Position numbers and translations under genes: made by a program. This document shows, piece by piece, positions 46,901-60,569 of a stretch of DNA of 64,000 bases. Origin of the DNA: Neoechinorhynchus agilis (Eukaryota > Animalia > Acanthocephala); the NCBI GenBank assembly GCA_051530055.1, contig CM121341.1:4690784-4754783 (forward strand). Reading direction: 5' to 3'. The notes under the pieces are model-generated. The model saw only the letters and a list, made by a program, of their open reading frames with translations. It did not search any database and was not told where the DNA came from. Each line of letters opens with the position of its first letter. The stretch's first letter is position 1.

Positions 46901-49900
46901 GTTTTTCTGTAACTACAACACAATTTTCTATCATTGCCGTAAAGTGCATTGAATATTCTTATTGTTCGTGTGCAACTTCATTGTTTACGTCACGTTCTGA
47001 ATCAATGCGGCGATTTATTGTCGCAGATAGATACGAGCGGTGTCACTTTATTGTTTTTCGCGGACTACAATACAATTTTCTTGCTTTGCCGTCATGTGCA
47101 TTGAATATTCTTATTGTTCGTGTGCAACTTCATTGTTTACGTCATGTTCTGAATCAATGCGGCGATTTATTGTCGCAGATAGATACGAGCGGTGTCACTT
47201 TATTGTTTTTCGCTAACTACAACACAATTTTCTTGCTTTGCCGTCAAGTGCATTGAATATTCTTATTGTTCTTGTGCAACTTCATTGTTTACGTCATGTT
47301 CTGAATCAATGCGGCGATTTATTGTCGCAGAAAGATACGAGCGGTGTCACTTTATTGTTTTTCGCGGACTACAACACAATTTTCTTGCTTTGCCGTCAAG
47401 TGCATTTAATATTCTTATTGTTCGTGTGCAACTTCATTGTTTACGTCATGTTCTGAATCAATGCGGCTATTTATTGTCGCAGATAGATACGAGCGGTGTC
47501 ACTTTATTGTTTTTCGCTAACTACAACACAATTTTCTTGCTTTGCCGTCAAGTGCATTTAATATTCTTATTGTTCGTGTGCAACTTCATTGTTTACGTCA
47601 TGTTCTGAATCAATGCGGCTATTTATTGTCGCAGAAAGATACGAGCGGTGTCACTTTATTGTTTTTCTGTAACTACAACACAATTTTCTATCATTGCCGT
47701 CAAGTGCATTGAATATTCTTATTGTTCGTGTGCAACTTCATTGTTTACGTCATGTTCTGAATCAATGCGGCTATTTATTGTCGCAGATAGATACGAGCGG
47801 TGTCACTTTATTGTTTTTCGCTAACTACAACACAATTTTCTTGCTTTGCCGTCAATTGCATTTAATATTCTTATTGTTCGTGTGCAACTTCATTGTTTAC
47901 GTCATGTTCTGAATCAATGCGGCGATTTATTGTCGCAGATAGATACGAGCGGTGTCACTTTATTGTTTTTCGCGGACTACAACACAATTTTCTTGCTTTG
48001 CCGTCAAGTGCATTGAATATTCTTATTGTTCGTGTGCAACTTCATTGTTTACGTCATGTTCTGAATCAATGCGGCATTTATTGTCGCAGAGATACGAGCG
48101 GTGTCACTTTATTGTTTTTCGCGACACCAATTTTCTTGCTTTGCCGTCAAGTGCATTAATATTCTAATTGTTCGTGTGCAACTATTGTTTACGTCACGTT
48201 CTGAATCAATGCGGCGATTTATTGTCGCAGATAGATACGAGCGGTGTCACTTTATTGTTTTTCGCGGACTACAATACAATTTTCTTGCTTTGCCGTCAAG
48301 TGCATTTAATATTCTTATTGTTCGTGCTCAACTTCATTGTTTACGTCATGTTCTGAATCAATGCGGCTATTTATTGTCGCAGATAGATACGAGCGGTGTC
48401 ACTTTATTGTTTTTCTGTAACTACAACACAATTTTCTATCATTGCCGTAAAGTGCATTGAATATTCTTATTGTTCGTGTGCAACTTCATTGTTTACGTCA
48501 TGTTCTGAATCAATGCGGCTATTTATTCCCGCAGATAGATACGAGCGGTGTCACTTTATTGTTTTTCGCTAACTACAACACAATTTTCTTGCTTTGCCGT
48601 CAAGTGCATTTAATATTCTTATTGTTCGTGTGCAACTTCATTGTTTACGTCATGTTCTGAATCAATGCGGCTATTTATTGTCGCAGAAAGATACGAGCGG
48701 TGTCACTTTATTGTTTTTCTGTAACTACAACACAATTTTCTTTCATTGCCGTCAAGTGCATTGAATATTCTTATTGTTCGTGTGCAACTTCATTGTTTAC
48801 GTCATGTTCTGAATCAATGCGGCGATTTATTGTCGCAGATAGATACGAGCGGTGTCACTTTATTGTTTTTCGCTAACTACAACACAATTTTCTTGCTTTG
48901 CCGTCAAGTGCATTTAATATTCTTATTGTTCGTGTGCAACTTCATTGTTTACGTCATGTTCTGAATCAATGCGGCTATTTATTGTCGCAGAAAGATACGA
49001 GCGGTGTCACTTTATTGTTTTTCTGTAACTACAACACAATTTTCTTTCATTGCCGTCAAGTGCATTGAATATTCTTATTGTTCGTGTGCAACTTCATTGT
49101 TTACGTCATGTTCTGAATCAATGCGGCTATTTATTGTCGCAGAAAGATACGAGCGGTGTCACTTTATTGTTTTTCTGTAACTACAACACAATTTTCTTTC
49201 ATTGCCGTCAAGTGCATTGAATATTCTTATTGTTCGTGTGCAACTTCATTGTTTACGTCATGTTCTGAATCAATGCGGCGATTTATTGTCGCAGATAGAT
49301 ACGAGCGGTGTCACTTTATTGTTTTTCGCGGACTACAACACAATTTTCTTGCTTTGCCGTCAAGTGCATTGAATATTCTTATTGTTCGTGTGCAACTTCA
49401 TTGTTTACGTCATGTTCTGAATCAATGCGGCGATTTATTGTCGCAGATAGATACGAGCGGTGTCACTTTATTGTTTTTCGCTAACTACAACACAATTTTC
49501 TTGCTTTGCCGTCAAGTGCATTGAATATTCTTATTGTTCGTGTGCAACTTCATTGTTTACGTCATGTTCTGAATCAATGCTTTATTGTTATATGTCACTT
49601 TATTTTTTCGCTGACTACAACACAATTTTCTTGCTTTGCCGTCAAGTGCATTGAATATTCTTATTGTTCGTGTGCAACTTCATTGTTTACGTCATGTTCT
49701 GAATCAATGCGGCTATTTATTGTCGCAGATAGATACGAGCGGTGTCACTTTATTGTTTTTCGCTAACTACAACACAATTTTCTTGCTTTGCCGTCAATTG
49801 CATTTAATATTCTTATTGTTCGTGTGCAACTTCATTGTTTACGTCATGTTCTGAATCAATGCGGCGATTTATTGTCGCAGATAGATACGAGCGGTGTCAC

Positions 49901-52900
49901 TTTATTGTTTTTCGCGGACTACAACACAATTTTCTATCATTGCCGTCAAGTGCATTGAATATTCTTATTGTTCGTGTGCAACTTCATTGTTTACGTCATG
50001 TTCTGAATCAATGCGGCTATTTATTGTCGCAGATAGATACGAGCGGTGTCACTTTATTGTTTTTCGCTAACTACAACACAATTTTCTTGCTTTGCCGTCA
50101 AGTGCATTTAATATTCTTATTGTTCGTGTGCAACTTCATTGTTTACGTCATGTTCTGAATCAATGCGGCGATTTATTGTCGCAGATAGATACGAGCGGTG
50201 TCACTTTATTGTTTTTCGCTGACTACAACACAATTTTCTTGCTTTGCCGTCAAGTGCATTTAATATTCTTATTGTTCGTGTGCAACTTCATTGTTTACGT
50301 CATGTTCTGAATCAATGCGGCGATTTATTGTCGCAGATAGATACGAGCGGTGTCACTTTATTGTTTTTCGCGGACTACAACACAATTTTCTTGCTTTGCC
50401 GTCAAGTGCATTTAATATTCTTATTGTTCGTGTGCAACTTCATTGTTTACGTCATGTTCTGAATCAATGCGGCTATTTATTGTCGCAGATAGATACGAGC
50501 GGTGTCACTTTTGTTTTTCGCTAACTACAACACAATTTTCTTGCTTTGCCGTCAAGTGCATTTAATATTCTTATTGTTCGTGTGCAACTTCATTGTTTAC
50601 GTCATGTTCTGAATCAATGCGGCTATTTATTGTCGCAGAAAGATACGAGCGGTGTCACTTTATTGTTTTTCTGTAACTACAACACAATTTTCTTGCTTTG
50701 CCGTCAAGTGCATTGAATATTCTTATTGTTCGTGTGCAACTTCATTGTTTACGTCATGTTCTGAATCAATGCGGCTATTTATTGTCGCAGATAGATACGA
50801 GCGGTGTCACTTTATTGTTTTTCGCTAACTACAACACAATTTTCTTGCTTTGCCGTCAAGTGCATTTAATATTCTTATTGTTCGTGTGCAACTTCATTGT
50901 TTACGTCATGTTCTGAATCAATGCGGCTATTTATTGTCGCAGAAAGATACGAGCGGTGTCACTTTATTGTTTTTCTGTAACTACAACACAATTTTCTATC
51001 ATTGCCGTAAAGTGCATTGAATATTCTTATTGTTCGTGTGCAACTTCATTGTTTACGTCATGTTCTGAATCAATGCGGCGATTTATTGTCGCAGATAGAT
51101 ACGAGCGGTGTCACTTTATTGTTTTTCGCGGACTACAATACAATTTTCTTGCTTTGCCGTCGAGTGCATTTAATATTCTTATTGTTCGTGTGCAACTTCA
51201 TTGTTTACGTCATGTTCTGAATCAATGCGGCGATTTATTGTCGCAGATAGATACGAGCGGTGTCACTTTATTGTTTTTCGCGGACTACAATACAATTTTC
51301 TTGCTTTGCCGTCAAGTGCATTGAATATTCTTATTGTTCGTGTGCAACTTCATTGTTTACGTCATGTTCTGAATCAATGCGGCGATTTATTGTCGCAGAA
51401 AGATACGAGCGGTGTCACTTTATTGTTTTTCGCGGACTACAACACAATTTTCTTGCTTTGCCGTCAAGTGCATTTAATATTCTTATTGTTCGTGTGCAAC
51501 TTCATTGTTTACGTCATGTTCTGAATCAATGCGGCGATTTATTGTCGCAGAAAGATACGAGCGGTGTCACTTTATTGGTTTTCTGTAACTACAACACAAT
51601 TTTCTATCATTGCCGTAAAGTGCATTGAATATTCTTATTGTTCGTGTGCAACTTCATTGTTTACGTCACGTTCTGAATCAATGCGGCTATTTATTGTCGC
51701 AGATAGATACGGGCGGTGTCACTTTATTGTTTTTCGCGGACTACAATACAATTTTCTTGCTTTGCCGTCATGTGCATTGAATATTCTTATTGTTCGTGTG
51801 CAACTTCATTGTTTACGTCATGTTCTGAATCAATGCGGCGATTTATTGTCGCAGATAGATACGAGCGGTGTCACTTTATTGTTTTTCGCTAACTACAACA
51901 CAATTTTCTTGCTTTGCCGTCAAGTGCATTGAATATTCTTATTGTTCTTGTGCAACTTCATTGTTTACGTCATGTTCTGAATCAATGCGGCGATTTATTG
52001 TCGCAGAAAGATACGAGCGGTGTCACTTTATTGTTTTTCGCGGACTACAACACAATTTTCTTGCTTTGCCGTCAAATGCATTGAATATTCTTATTGTTCG
52101 TGTGCAACTTCATTGTTTACGTCATGTTCTGAATCAATGCGGCTATTTATTGTCGCAGATAGATACGAGCGGTGTCACTTTATTGTTTTTCGCTAACTAC
52201 AACACAATTTTCTTGCTTTGCCGTCAAGTGCATTTAATATTCTTATTGTTCGTGTGCAACTTCATTGTTTACGTCATGTTCTGAATCAATGCGGCGATTT
52301 ATTGTCGCAGATAGATACGAGCGGTGTCACTTTTGTTTTTCTGTAACTACAACACAATTTTCTTGCTTTGCCGTCAATTGCATTTAAAATTCTTATTGTT
52401 CGTGTGCCACTTCATTGTTTACGTCATGTTCTGAATCAATGCGGCTTGTTATTGTCGCAGAAAGATACGAGCGGTGTCACTTTATTGTTTTTCTGTAACT
52501 ACAACACAATTTTCTATCATTGCCGTAAAGTGCATTGAATATTCTTATTGTTCGTGTGCAACTTCATTGTTTACGTCATGTTCTGAATCAATGCGGCGAT
52601 TTATTGTCGCAGATAGATACGAGCGGTGTCACTTTATTGTTTTTCGCTAACTACAACACAATTTTCTTGCTTTGCCGTCGATTGCATTTAATATTCTTAT
52701 TGTTCGTGTGCAACTTCATTGTTTACGTCATGTTCTGAATCAATGCGGCGATTTATTGTCGCAGATAGATACGAGCGGTGTCACTTTATTGTTTTTCGCT
52801 AACTACAACACAATTTTCTTGCTTTGTGGTCAAGTGCATTTAATATTCTAATTGTTCGTGTGCAACTTCATTGTTTACGTCACGTTCTGAATCAATGCGG

Positions 52901-55900
52901 CGATTTATTGTCGCAGATAGATACGAGCGGTTTAACTTTATTATTTTTCGCGGACTACAACACAATTTTCTATCATTGCCGTATAGTGCATTGAATATTC
53001 TTATTGTTCGTGTGCAACTTCATTGTTTACGTCATGTTCTGAATCAATGCGGCTATTTATTGTCGCAGATAGATACGAGCGGTGTCACTTTATTGTTTTT
53101 CGCTAACTACAACACAATTTTCTTGCTTTGCCGTCGATTGCATTTAATATTCTTATTGTTCGTGTGCAACTTCATTGTTTACGTCATGTTCTGAATCAAT
53201 GCGGCGATTTATTGTCGCAGATAGATACGAGCGGTGTCACTTTATTGTTTTTCGCGGACTACAATACAATTTTCTATCATTGCCGTAAAGTGCATTTAAT
53301 ATTCTTATTGTTCGTGTGCAACTTCATTGTTTACGTCATGTTCTGAATCAATGCGGCTATTTATTGTCGCAGATAGATACGAGCGGTGTCACTTTATTGT
53401 TTTTCGCTAACTACAACACAATTTTCTTGCTTTGCCGTCAAGTGCATTTAATATTCTATTGTTCGTGTGCACTCATTGTTTACGTCACGTTCTGAATCAA
53501 TGCGGCGATTTATTGTCGCAGATAGATACGAGCGGTGTCACTTTATTGTTTTTCGCGGACTACAACACAATTTTCTTGCTTTGCCGTCAAGTGCATTGAA
53601 TATTCTTATTGTTCGTGTGCAACTTCATTGTTTACGTCATGTTCTGAATCAATGCGGCTATTTATTGTCGCAGATAGATACGAGCGGTGTCACTTTATTG
53701 TTTTTCGCTAACTACAACACAATTTTCTTGCTTTGCCGTCAAGTGCATTGAATATTCTTATTGTTCGTGTGCAACTTCATTGTTTACGTCATGTTCTGAA
53801 TCAATGCGGCTTGTTATTGTCGCAGAAAGATACGAGCGGTGTCACTTTATTGTTTTTCGCTAACTACAACACAATTTTCTTGCTTTGCCGTCAAGTGCAT
53901 TTAATATTCTTATTGTTCGTGTGCAACTTCATTGTTTACGTCATGTTCTGAATCAATGCGGCGATTTATTGTCGCAGATAGATACGAGCGGTGTCACTTT
54001 ATAGTTTTTCGCTAACTACAACACAATTTTCTTGCTTTGCCGTCAAGTGCATTTAATATTCTAATTGTTCGTGTGCAACTTCATTGTTTACGTCACGTTC
54101 TGAATCAATGCGGCGATTTATTGTCGCAGATAAATACGAGCGGTGTCACTTTATTGTTTTTCGCGGACTACAATACAATTTTCTTGCTTTGCCGTAAAGT
54201 GCATTTAATATTCTTATTGTTCGTGCTCAACTTCATTGTTTACGTCATGTTCTGAATCAATGCGGCTATTTATTATCGCAGATAGATACGAGCGGTGTCG
54301 TTTTATTGTTTTTCTGTAACTACAACACAATTTTCTATCATTGCCGTAAAGTGCATTGAATATTCTTATTGTTCGTGTGCATCTTCATTGTTTACGTCAT
54401 GATCTGAATCAATGAGGCTATTTGTTCCCGCAGATAGATACGAGCGGTGTCACTTTATTGTTTTTCGCTAACTACAACACAATTTTCTTGCTTTGCAGTC
54501 GAGTGCATTTTATATTCTTATTGTTCGTTTGCAACTTCATTGTTTACGCCATGTTCTGAATCAATGCTGCGATTCATTGTCGCAGAAAGATACGAGCGGT
54601 GCCACTTTATTGGTTTTCTGTAACTACAACACAATTTTCTTGCTTTGTCGTCAAGTGAGTTTAATATTCTTATTGTTCGTGTGCAACTTCATCGTTTACG
54701 TCATGTTTTTTCTAATGCGGCATTTATTCCCGCAGAAAGATACGAGCGGTGTCACTTTATTGTTTTTCTGTAACTACAACACAATTTTCTTCTTTGCCGT
54801 CAAGTGCATTTAATATTCTTATTGTTCGTGTGCAACTTCATTGTTTACGTCATGTTCTGAATCAATGCGGCTATTTATTGTCGCAGAAAGATACGAGCGG
54901 TGTCACTTTATTGTTTTTCTGTAACTACAACACAATTTTCTTTCATTGCCGTCAAGTGCATTGAATATTCTTATTGTTCGTGTGCAACTTCATTGTTTAC
55001 GTCATGTTCTGAATCAATGCGGCTATTTATTGTCGCAGATAGATACGAGCGGTGTCACTTTATTGTTTTTCGCGGACTACAATACAATTTTCTTGCTTTG
55101 CCGTAATGTGCATTGAATATTCTTATTGTTCGTGTGCAACTTCATTGCTTACGTCATGTTCTGAATCAATGCGGCGATTTATTGTCGCAGATAGATACGA
55201 GCGGTGTCACTTTATTGTTTTTCGCTAACTACAACACAATTTTCTTGCTTTGTCGTCGATTGCATTTAATATTCTTATTGTTCGTGTGCAACTTGATTGT
55301 TTACGTCATGTTCTGAATCAATGCGGCGATTTATTGTCGCAGATAGATACGAGCGGTGTCACTTTATTGTTTTTCGCGGACTACAATACAATTTTCTATC
55401 ATTGCCGTAAAGTGCATTTAATATTCTTATTGTTCGTGTGCAACTTCATTGTTTACGTCATGTTCTGAATCAATGCGGCTATTTATTGTCGCAGATAGAT
55501 ACGAGCGGTGTCACTTTATTGTTTTTCGCTAACTACAACACAATTTTCTTGCTTTGCCGTCGATTGCATTTAATATTCTTATTGTTCGTGTGCAACTTCA
55601 TTGTTTACGTCATGTTCTGAATCAATGCGGCTATTTATTGTCGCAGATAGATACGAGCGGTGTCACTTTATTGTTTTTCGCTAACTACAACACAATTTTC
55701 TTGCTTTGCCGTCGATTGCATTTAATATTCTTATTGTTCGTGTGCAACTTCATTGTTTACGTCATGTTCTGAATCAATGCGGCGATTTATTGTCGCAGAT
55801 AGATACGAGCGGTGTCACTTTATTGTTTTTCGCGGACTACAATACAATTTTCTGTTTGCCGTCATGCATTTAAATTCTTATTGTTCGTGTGCAACTTCAT

Positions 55901-58900
55901 TGTTTACGTCATGTTCTGAATCAATGCGGCTTTTTATTGTCGCAGAAAGATACGAGCGGTGTCACTTTATTGTTTTTCGCTAACTACAACACAATTTTCT
56001 TGCTTTGCCGTCAATTGCATTTAATATTCTTATTGTTCGTGTGCAACTTCATTGTTTACGTCATGTTCTGAATCAATGCGGCGATTTATTGTCGCAGATA
56101 GATACGAGCGGTGTCACTTTATTGTTTTTCGCGGACTACAATACAATTTTCTTTCATTGCCGTCAAGTGCATTTAATATTCTTATTGTTCGTGTGCAACT
56201 TCATTGTTTACGTCATGTTCTGAATCAATGCGGCTATTTATTGTCGCAGATAGATACGAGCGGTGTCACTTTATTGTTTTTCGCTAACTACAACACAATT
56301 TTCTTGCTTTGCCGTCAAGTGCATTTAATATTCTTATTGTTCGTGTGCAACTTCATTGTTTACGTCATGTTCTGAATCAATGCGGCGATTTATTGTCGCA
56401 GATAGATACGAGCGGTGTCACTTTATTGTTTTTCGCTAACTACAACACAATTTTCTTGCTTTGCCGTCAATTGCATTTAAAATTCTTATTGTTCGTGTGC
56501 CACTTCATTGTTTACGTCATGTTCTGAATCAATGCGGCTATTTATTGTCGCAGAAAGATACGAGCGGTGTCACTTTATTGTTTTTCGCTGACTACAACAC
56601 AATTTTCTATCATTGCCGTAAAGTGCATTTAATATTCTTATTGTTCGTGTGCAACTTCATTGTTTACGTCATGTTCTGAATCAATGCGGCGATTTATTGT
56701 CGCAGATAGATACGAGCGGTGTCACTTTATTGTTTTTCGCTAACTACAACACAATTTTCTTGCTTTGCCGTCGATTGCATTTAATATTCTTATTGTTCGT
56801 GTGCAACTTCATTGTTTACGTCATGTTCTGAATCAATGCGGCGATTTATTGTCGCAGATAGATACGAGCGGTGTCACTTTATTGTTTTTCGCGGACTACA
56901 ATACAATTTTCTATCATTGCCGTAAAGTGCATTGAATATTCTTATTGTTCGTGTGCAACTTCATTGTTTACGTCATGTTCTGAATCAATGCGGCTATTTA
57001 TTGTCGCAGATAGATACGAGCGGTGTCACTTTATTGTTTTTCGCTAACTACAACACAATTTTCTTGCTTTGCCGTCAAGTGCATTTAATATTCTTATTGT
57101 TCGTGTGCAACTTCATTGTTTACGTCATGTTCTGAATCAATGCGGCTATTTATTCCCGCAGATAGATACGAGCGGTGTCACTTTATTGTTTTTCGCTGAC
57201 TACAATACAATTTTCTTGCTTTGCCGTCAAGTGCATTTAATATTCTTATTGTTCGTGTGCAACTTCATTGTTTACGTCATGTTCTGAATCAATGCGGCGA
57301 TTTATTGTCGCAGATAGATACGAGCGGTGTCACTTTATTGTTTTTCGCGGACTACAATAATTCTCTTGCTTTGCCGTCAAGTGCATTGAATATTCTTATT
57401 GTTCGTGTGCAACTTCATTGTTTACGTCATGTTCTGAATCAATGCGGCGATTTATTGTCGCAGAAAGATACGAGCGGTGTCACTTTATTGTTTTTCTGTA
57501 ACTACAACACAATTTTCTATCATTGCCGTAAAGTGCATTGAATATTCTTATTGTTCGTGTGCAACTTCATTGTTTACGTCACGTTCTGAATCAATGCGGC
57601 GATTTATTGTCGCAGATAGATACGGGCGGTGTCACTTTATTGTTTTTCGCGGACTACAATACAATTTTCTTGCTTTGCCGTCATGTGCATTGAATATTCT
57701 TATTGTTCGTGTGCAACTTCATTGTTTACGTCATGTTCTGAATCAATGCGGCGATTTATTGTCGCAGATAGATACGAGCGGTGTCACTTTATTGTTTTTC
57801 GCTAACTACAACACAATTTTCTTGCTTTGCCGTCAAGTGCATTGAATATTCTTATTGTTCTTGTGCAACTTCATTGTTTACGTCATGTTCTGAATCAATG
57901 CGGCGATTTATTGTCGCAGAAAGATACGAGCGGTTTCACTTTATTGTTTTTCGCGGACTACAATACAATTTTCTTGCTTTGCCGTCAAATGCATTGAATA
58001 TTCTTATTGTTCGTGTGCAACTTCATTGTTTACGTCATGTTCTGAATCAATGCGGCTATTTATTGTCGCAGATAGATACGAGCGGTGTCACTTTATTGTT
58101 TTTCGCTAACTACAACACAATTTTCTTGCTTTGCCGTCAAGTGCATTTAATATTCTTATTGTTCGTGTGCAACTTCATTGTTTACGTCATGTTCTGAATC
58201 AATGCGGCGATTTATTGTCGCAGATAGATGCGAGCGGTGTCACTTTTGTTTTTCTGTAACTACAACACAATTTTCTTGCTTTGCCGTCAATTGCATTTAA
58301 AATTCTTATTGTTCGTGTGCCACTTCATTGTTTACGTCATGTTCTGAATCAATGCGGCTTGTTATTGTCGCAGAAAGATACGAGCGGTGTCACTTTATTG
58401 TTTTTCTGTAACTACAACACAATTTTCTATCATTGCCGTAAAGTGCATTGAATATTCTTATTGTTCGTGTGCAACTTCATTGTTTACGTCATGTTCTGAA
58501 TCAATGCGGCTATTTATTGTCGCAGATAGATACGAGCGGTGTCACTTTATTGTTTTTCGCTAACTACAACACAATTTTCTTGCTTTGCCGTCGATTGCAT
58601 TTAATATTCTTATTGTTCGTGTGCAACTTCATTGTTTACGTCATGTTCTGAATCAATGCGGCGATTTATTGTCGCAGATAGATACGAGCGGTGTCACTTT
58701 ATTGTTTTTCGCTAACTACAACACAATTTTCTTGCTTTGCCGTCAAGTGCATTGAATATTCTTATTGTTCGTGTGCAACTTCATTGTTTACGTCATGTTC
58801 TGAATCAATGCGGCGATTTATTGTCGCAGATAGATACGAGCGGTGTCACTTTATTGTTTTTCGCTAACTACAACACAATTTTCTTGCTTTGCCGTCAAGT

Positions 58901-60569
58901 GCATTGAATATTCTTATTGTTCGTGTGCAACTTCATTGTTTACGTCATGTTCTGAATCAATGCGGCTATTTATTGTCGCAGATAGATACGAGCGGTGTCA
59001 CTTTATTGTTTTTCGCTAACTACAACACAATTTTCTTGCTTTGCCGTCAAGTGCATTTAATATTCTTATTGTTCGTGTGCAACTTCATTGTTTACGTCAT
59101 GTTCTGAATCAATGCGGCGATTTATTGTCGCAGATAGATACGAGCGGTGTCACTTTATTGTTTTTCGCGGACTACAACACAATTTTCTTGCTTTGCCGTC
59201 AAGTGCATTGAATATTCTTATTGTTCGTGTGCAACTTCATTGTTTACGTCATGTTCTGAATCAATGCGGCTATTTATTGTCGCAGATAGATACGAGCGGT
59301 GTCACTTTATTGTTTTTCGCTAACTACAACACAATTTTCTTGCTTTGCCGTCAAGTGCATTTAATATTCTTATTGTTCGTGCAACTTCATTGTTTACGTC
59401 ATGTTCTGAATCAATGCGGCGATTTATTGTCGCAGATAGATACGAGCGGTGTCACTATTGTTTTTCTGTAACTACAACACAATTTTCTATCATTGCCGTA
59501 AAGTGCATTGAATATTCTTATTGTTCGTTTGCAACTTCATTGTTTACGTCATGTTCTGAATCAATGCGGCTTGTTATTGTCGCAGAAAGATACGAGCGGT
59601 GTCACTTTATTGTTTTTCTGTAACTATAACACAATTTTCTATCATTGCCGTAAAGTGCATTGAATATTCTTATTGTTCGTGCTCAACTTCATTGTTTACG
59701 TCACGTTCTGAATCAATGCGGCGATTTATTGTCGCAGATAGATACGAGCGGTGTCACTTTATTGTTTTTCGCGGAATACAATACAATTTTCTTGCTTTGC
59801 CGTCGATTGCATTTAATATTCTTATTGTTCGTGTGCAACATCATTGTTTACGTCATGTTCTGAATCAATGCGGCGATTTATTGTCGCAGATAGATACGAG
59901 CGGTGTCACTTTATTGTTTTTCGCGGACTACAATACAATTCTCTTGCTTTGCCGTCAAGTGCATTGAATATTCTTATTGTTCGTGTGCAACTTCATTGTT
60001 TACGTCATGTTCTGAATCAATGCGGCGATTTATTGTCGCAGAAAGATGAGCGGTGTCACTTTATTGTTCGCGGACTACAACACAATTTTCTTGCTTTGCC
60101 GTCGAGATCATTTAATATTCTTATTGTTCGTGTGCAACTTCATTGTTTACGTCATGTTCTGAATCAATGCGGCGATTTATTGTCGCAGAAAGATACGAGC
60201 GGTGTCACTTTATTGGTTTTCTGTAACTACAACACAATTTTCTATCATTGCCGTAAAGTGCATTGAATATTCTTATTGTTCGTGTGCAACTTCATTGTTT
60301 ACGTCACGTTCTGAATCAATGCGGCGATTTATTGTCGCAGAATAGATACGGGCGGTGTCACTTTATTGTTTTTCGCGGACTACAATACAATTTTCTTGCT
60401 TTGCCGTCATGTGCATTGAATATTCTTATTGTTCGTGTGCAACTTCATTGTTTACGTCATGTTCTGAATCAATGCGGCGATTTATTGTCGCAGATAGATA
60501 CGAGCGGTGTCACTTTATTGTTTTTCGCTAACTACAACACAATTTTCTTGCTTTGCCGTCAAGTGCATT
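43958..60569. repeat. 152-bp satellite, block 2 (about 109 units)
   Basis: Same unit and orientation as block 1, with block-enriched variants such as CGCGGACTAC, CGTAAAGTG and CTATCATTG. Confidence 0.99.

Noticed and set aside
27251-60569. CRISPR-like array
   Set aside because: There are no unique spacers (whole units repeat), no cas genes, and the context is eukaryotic.
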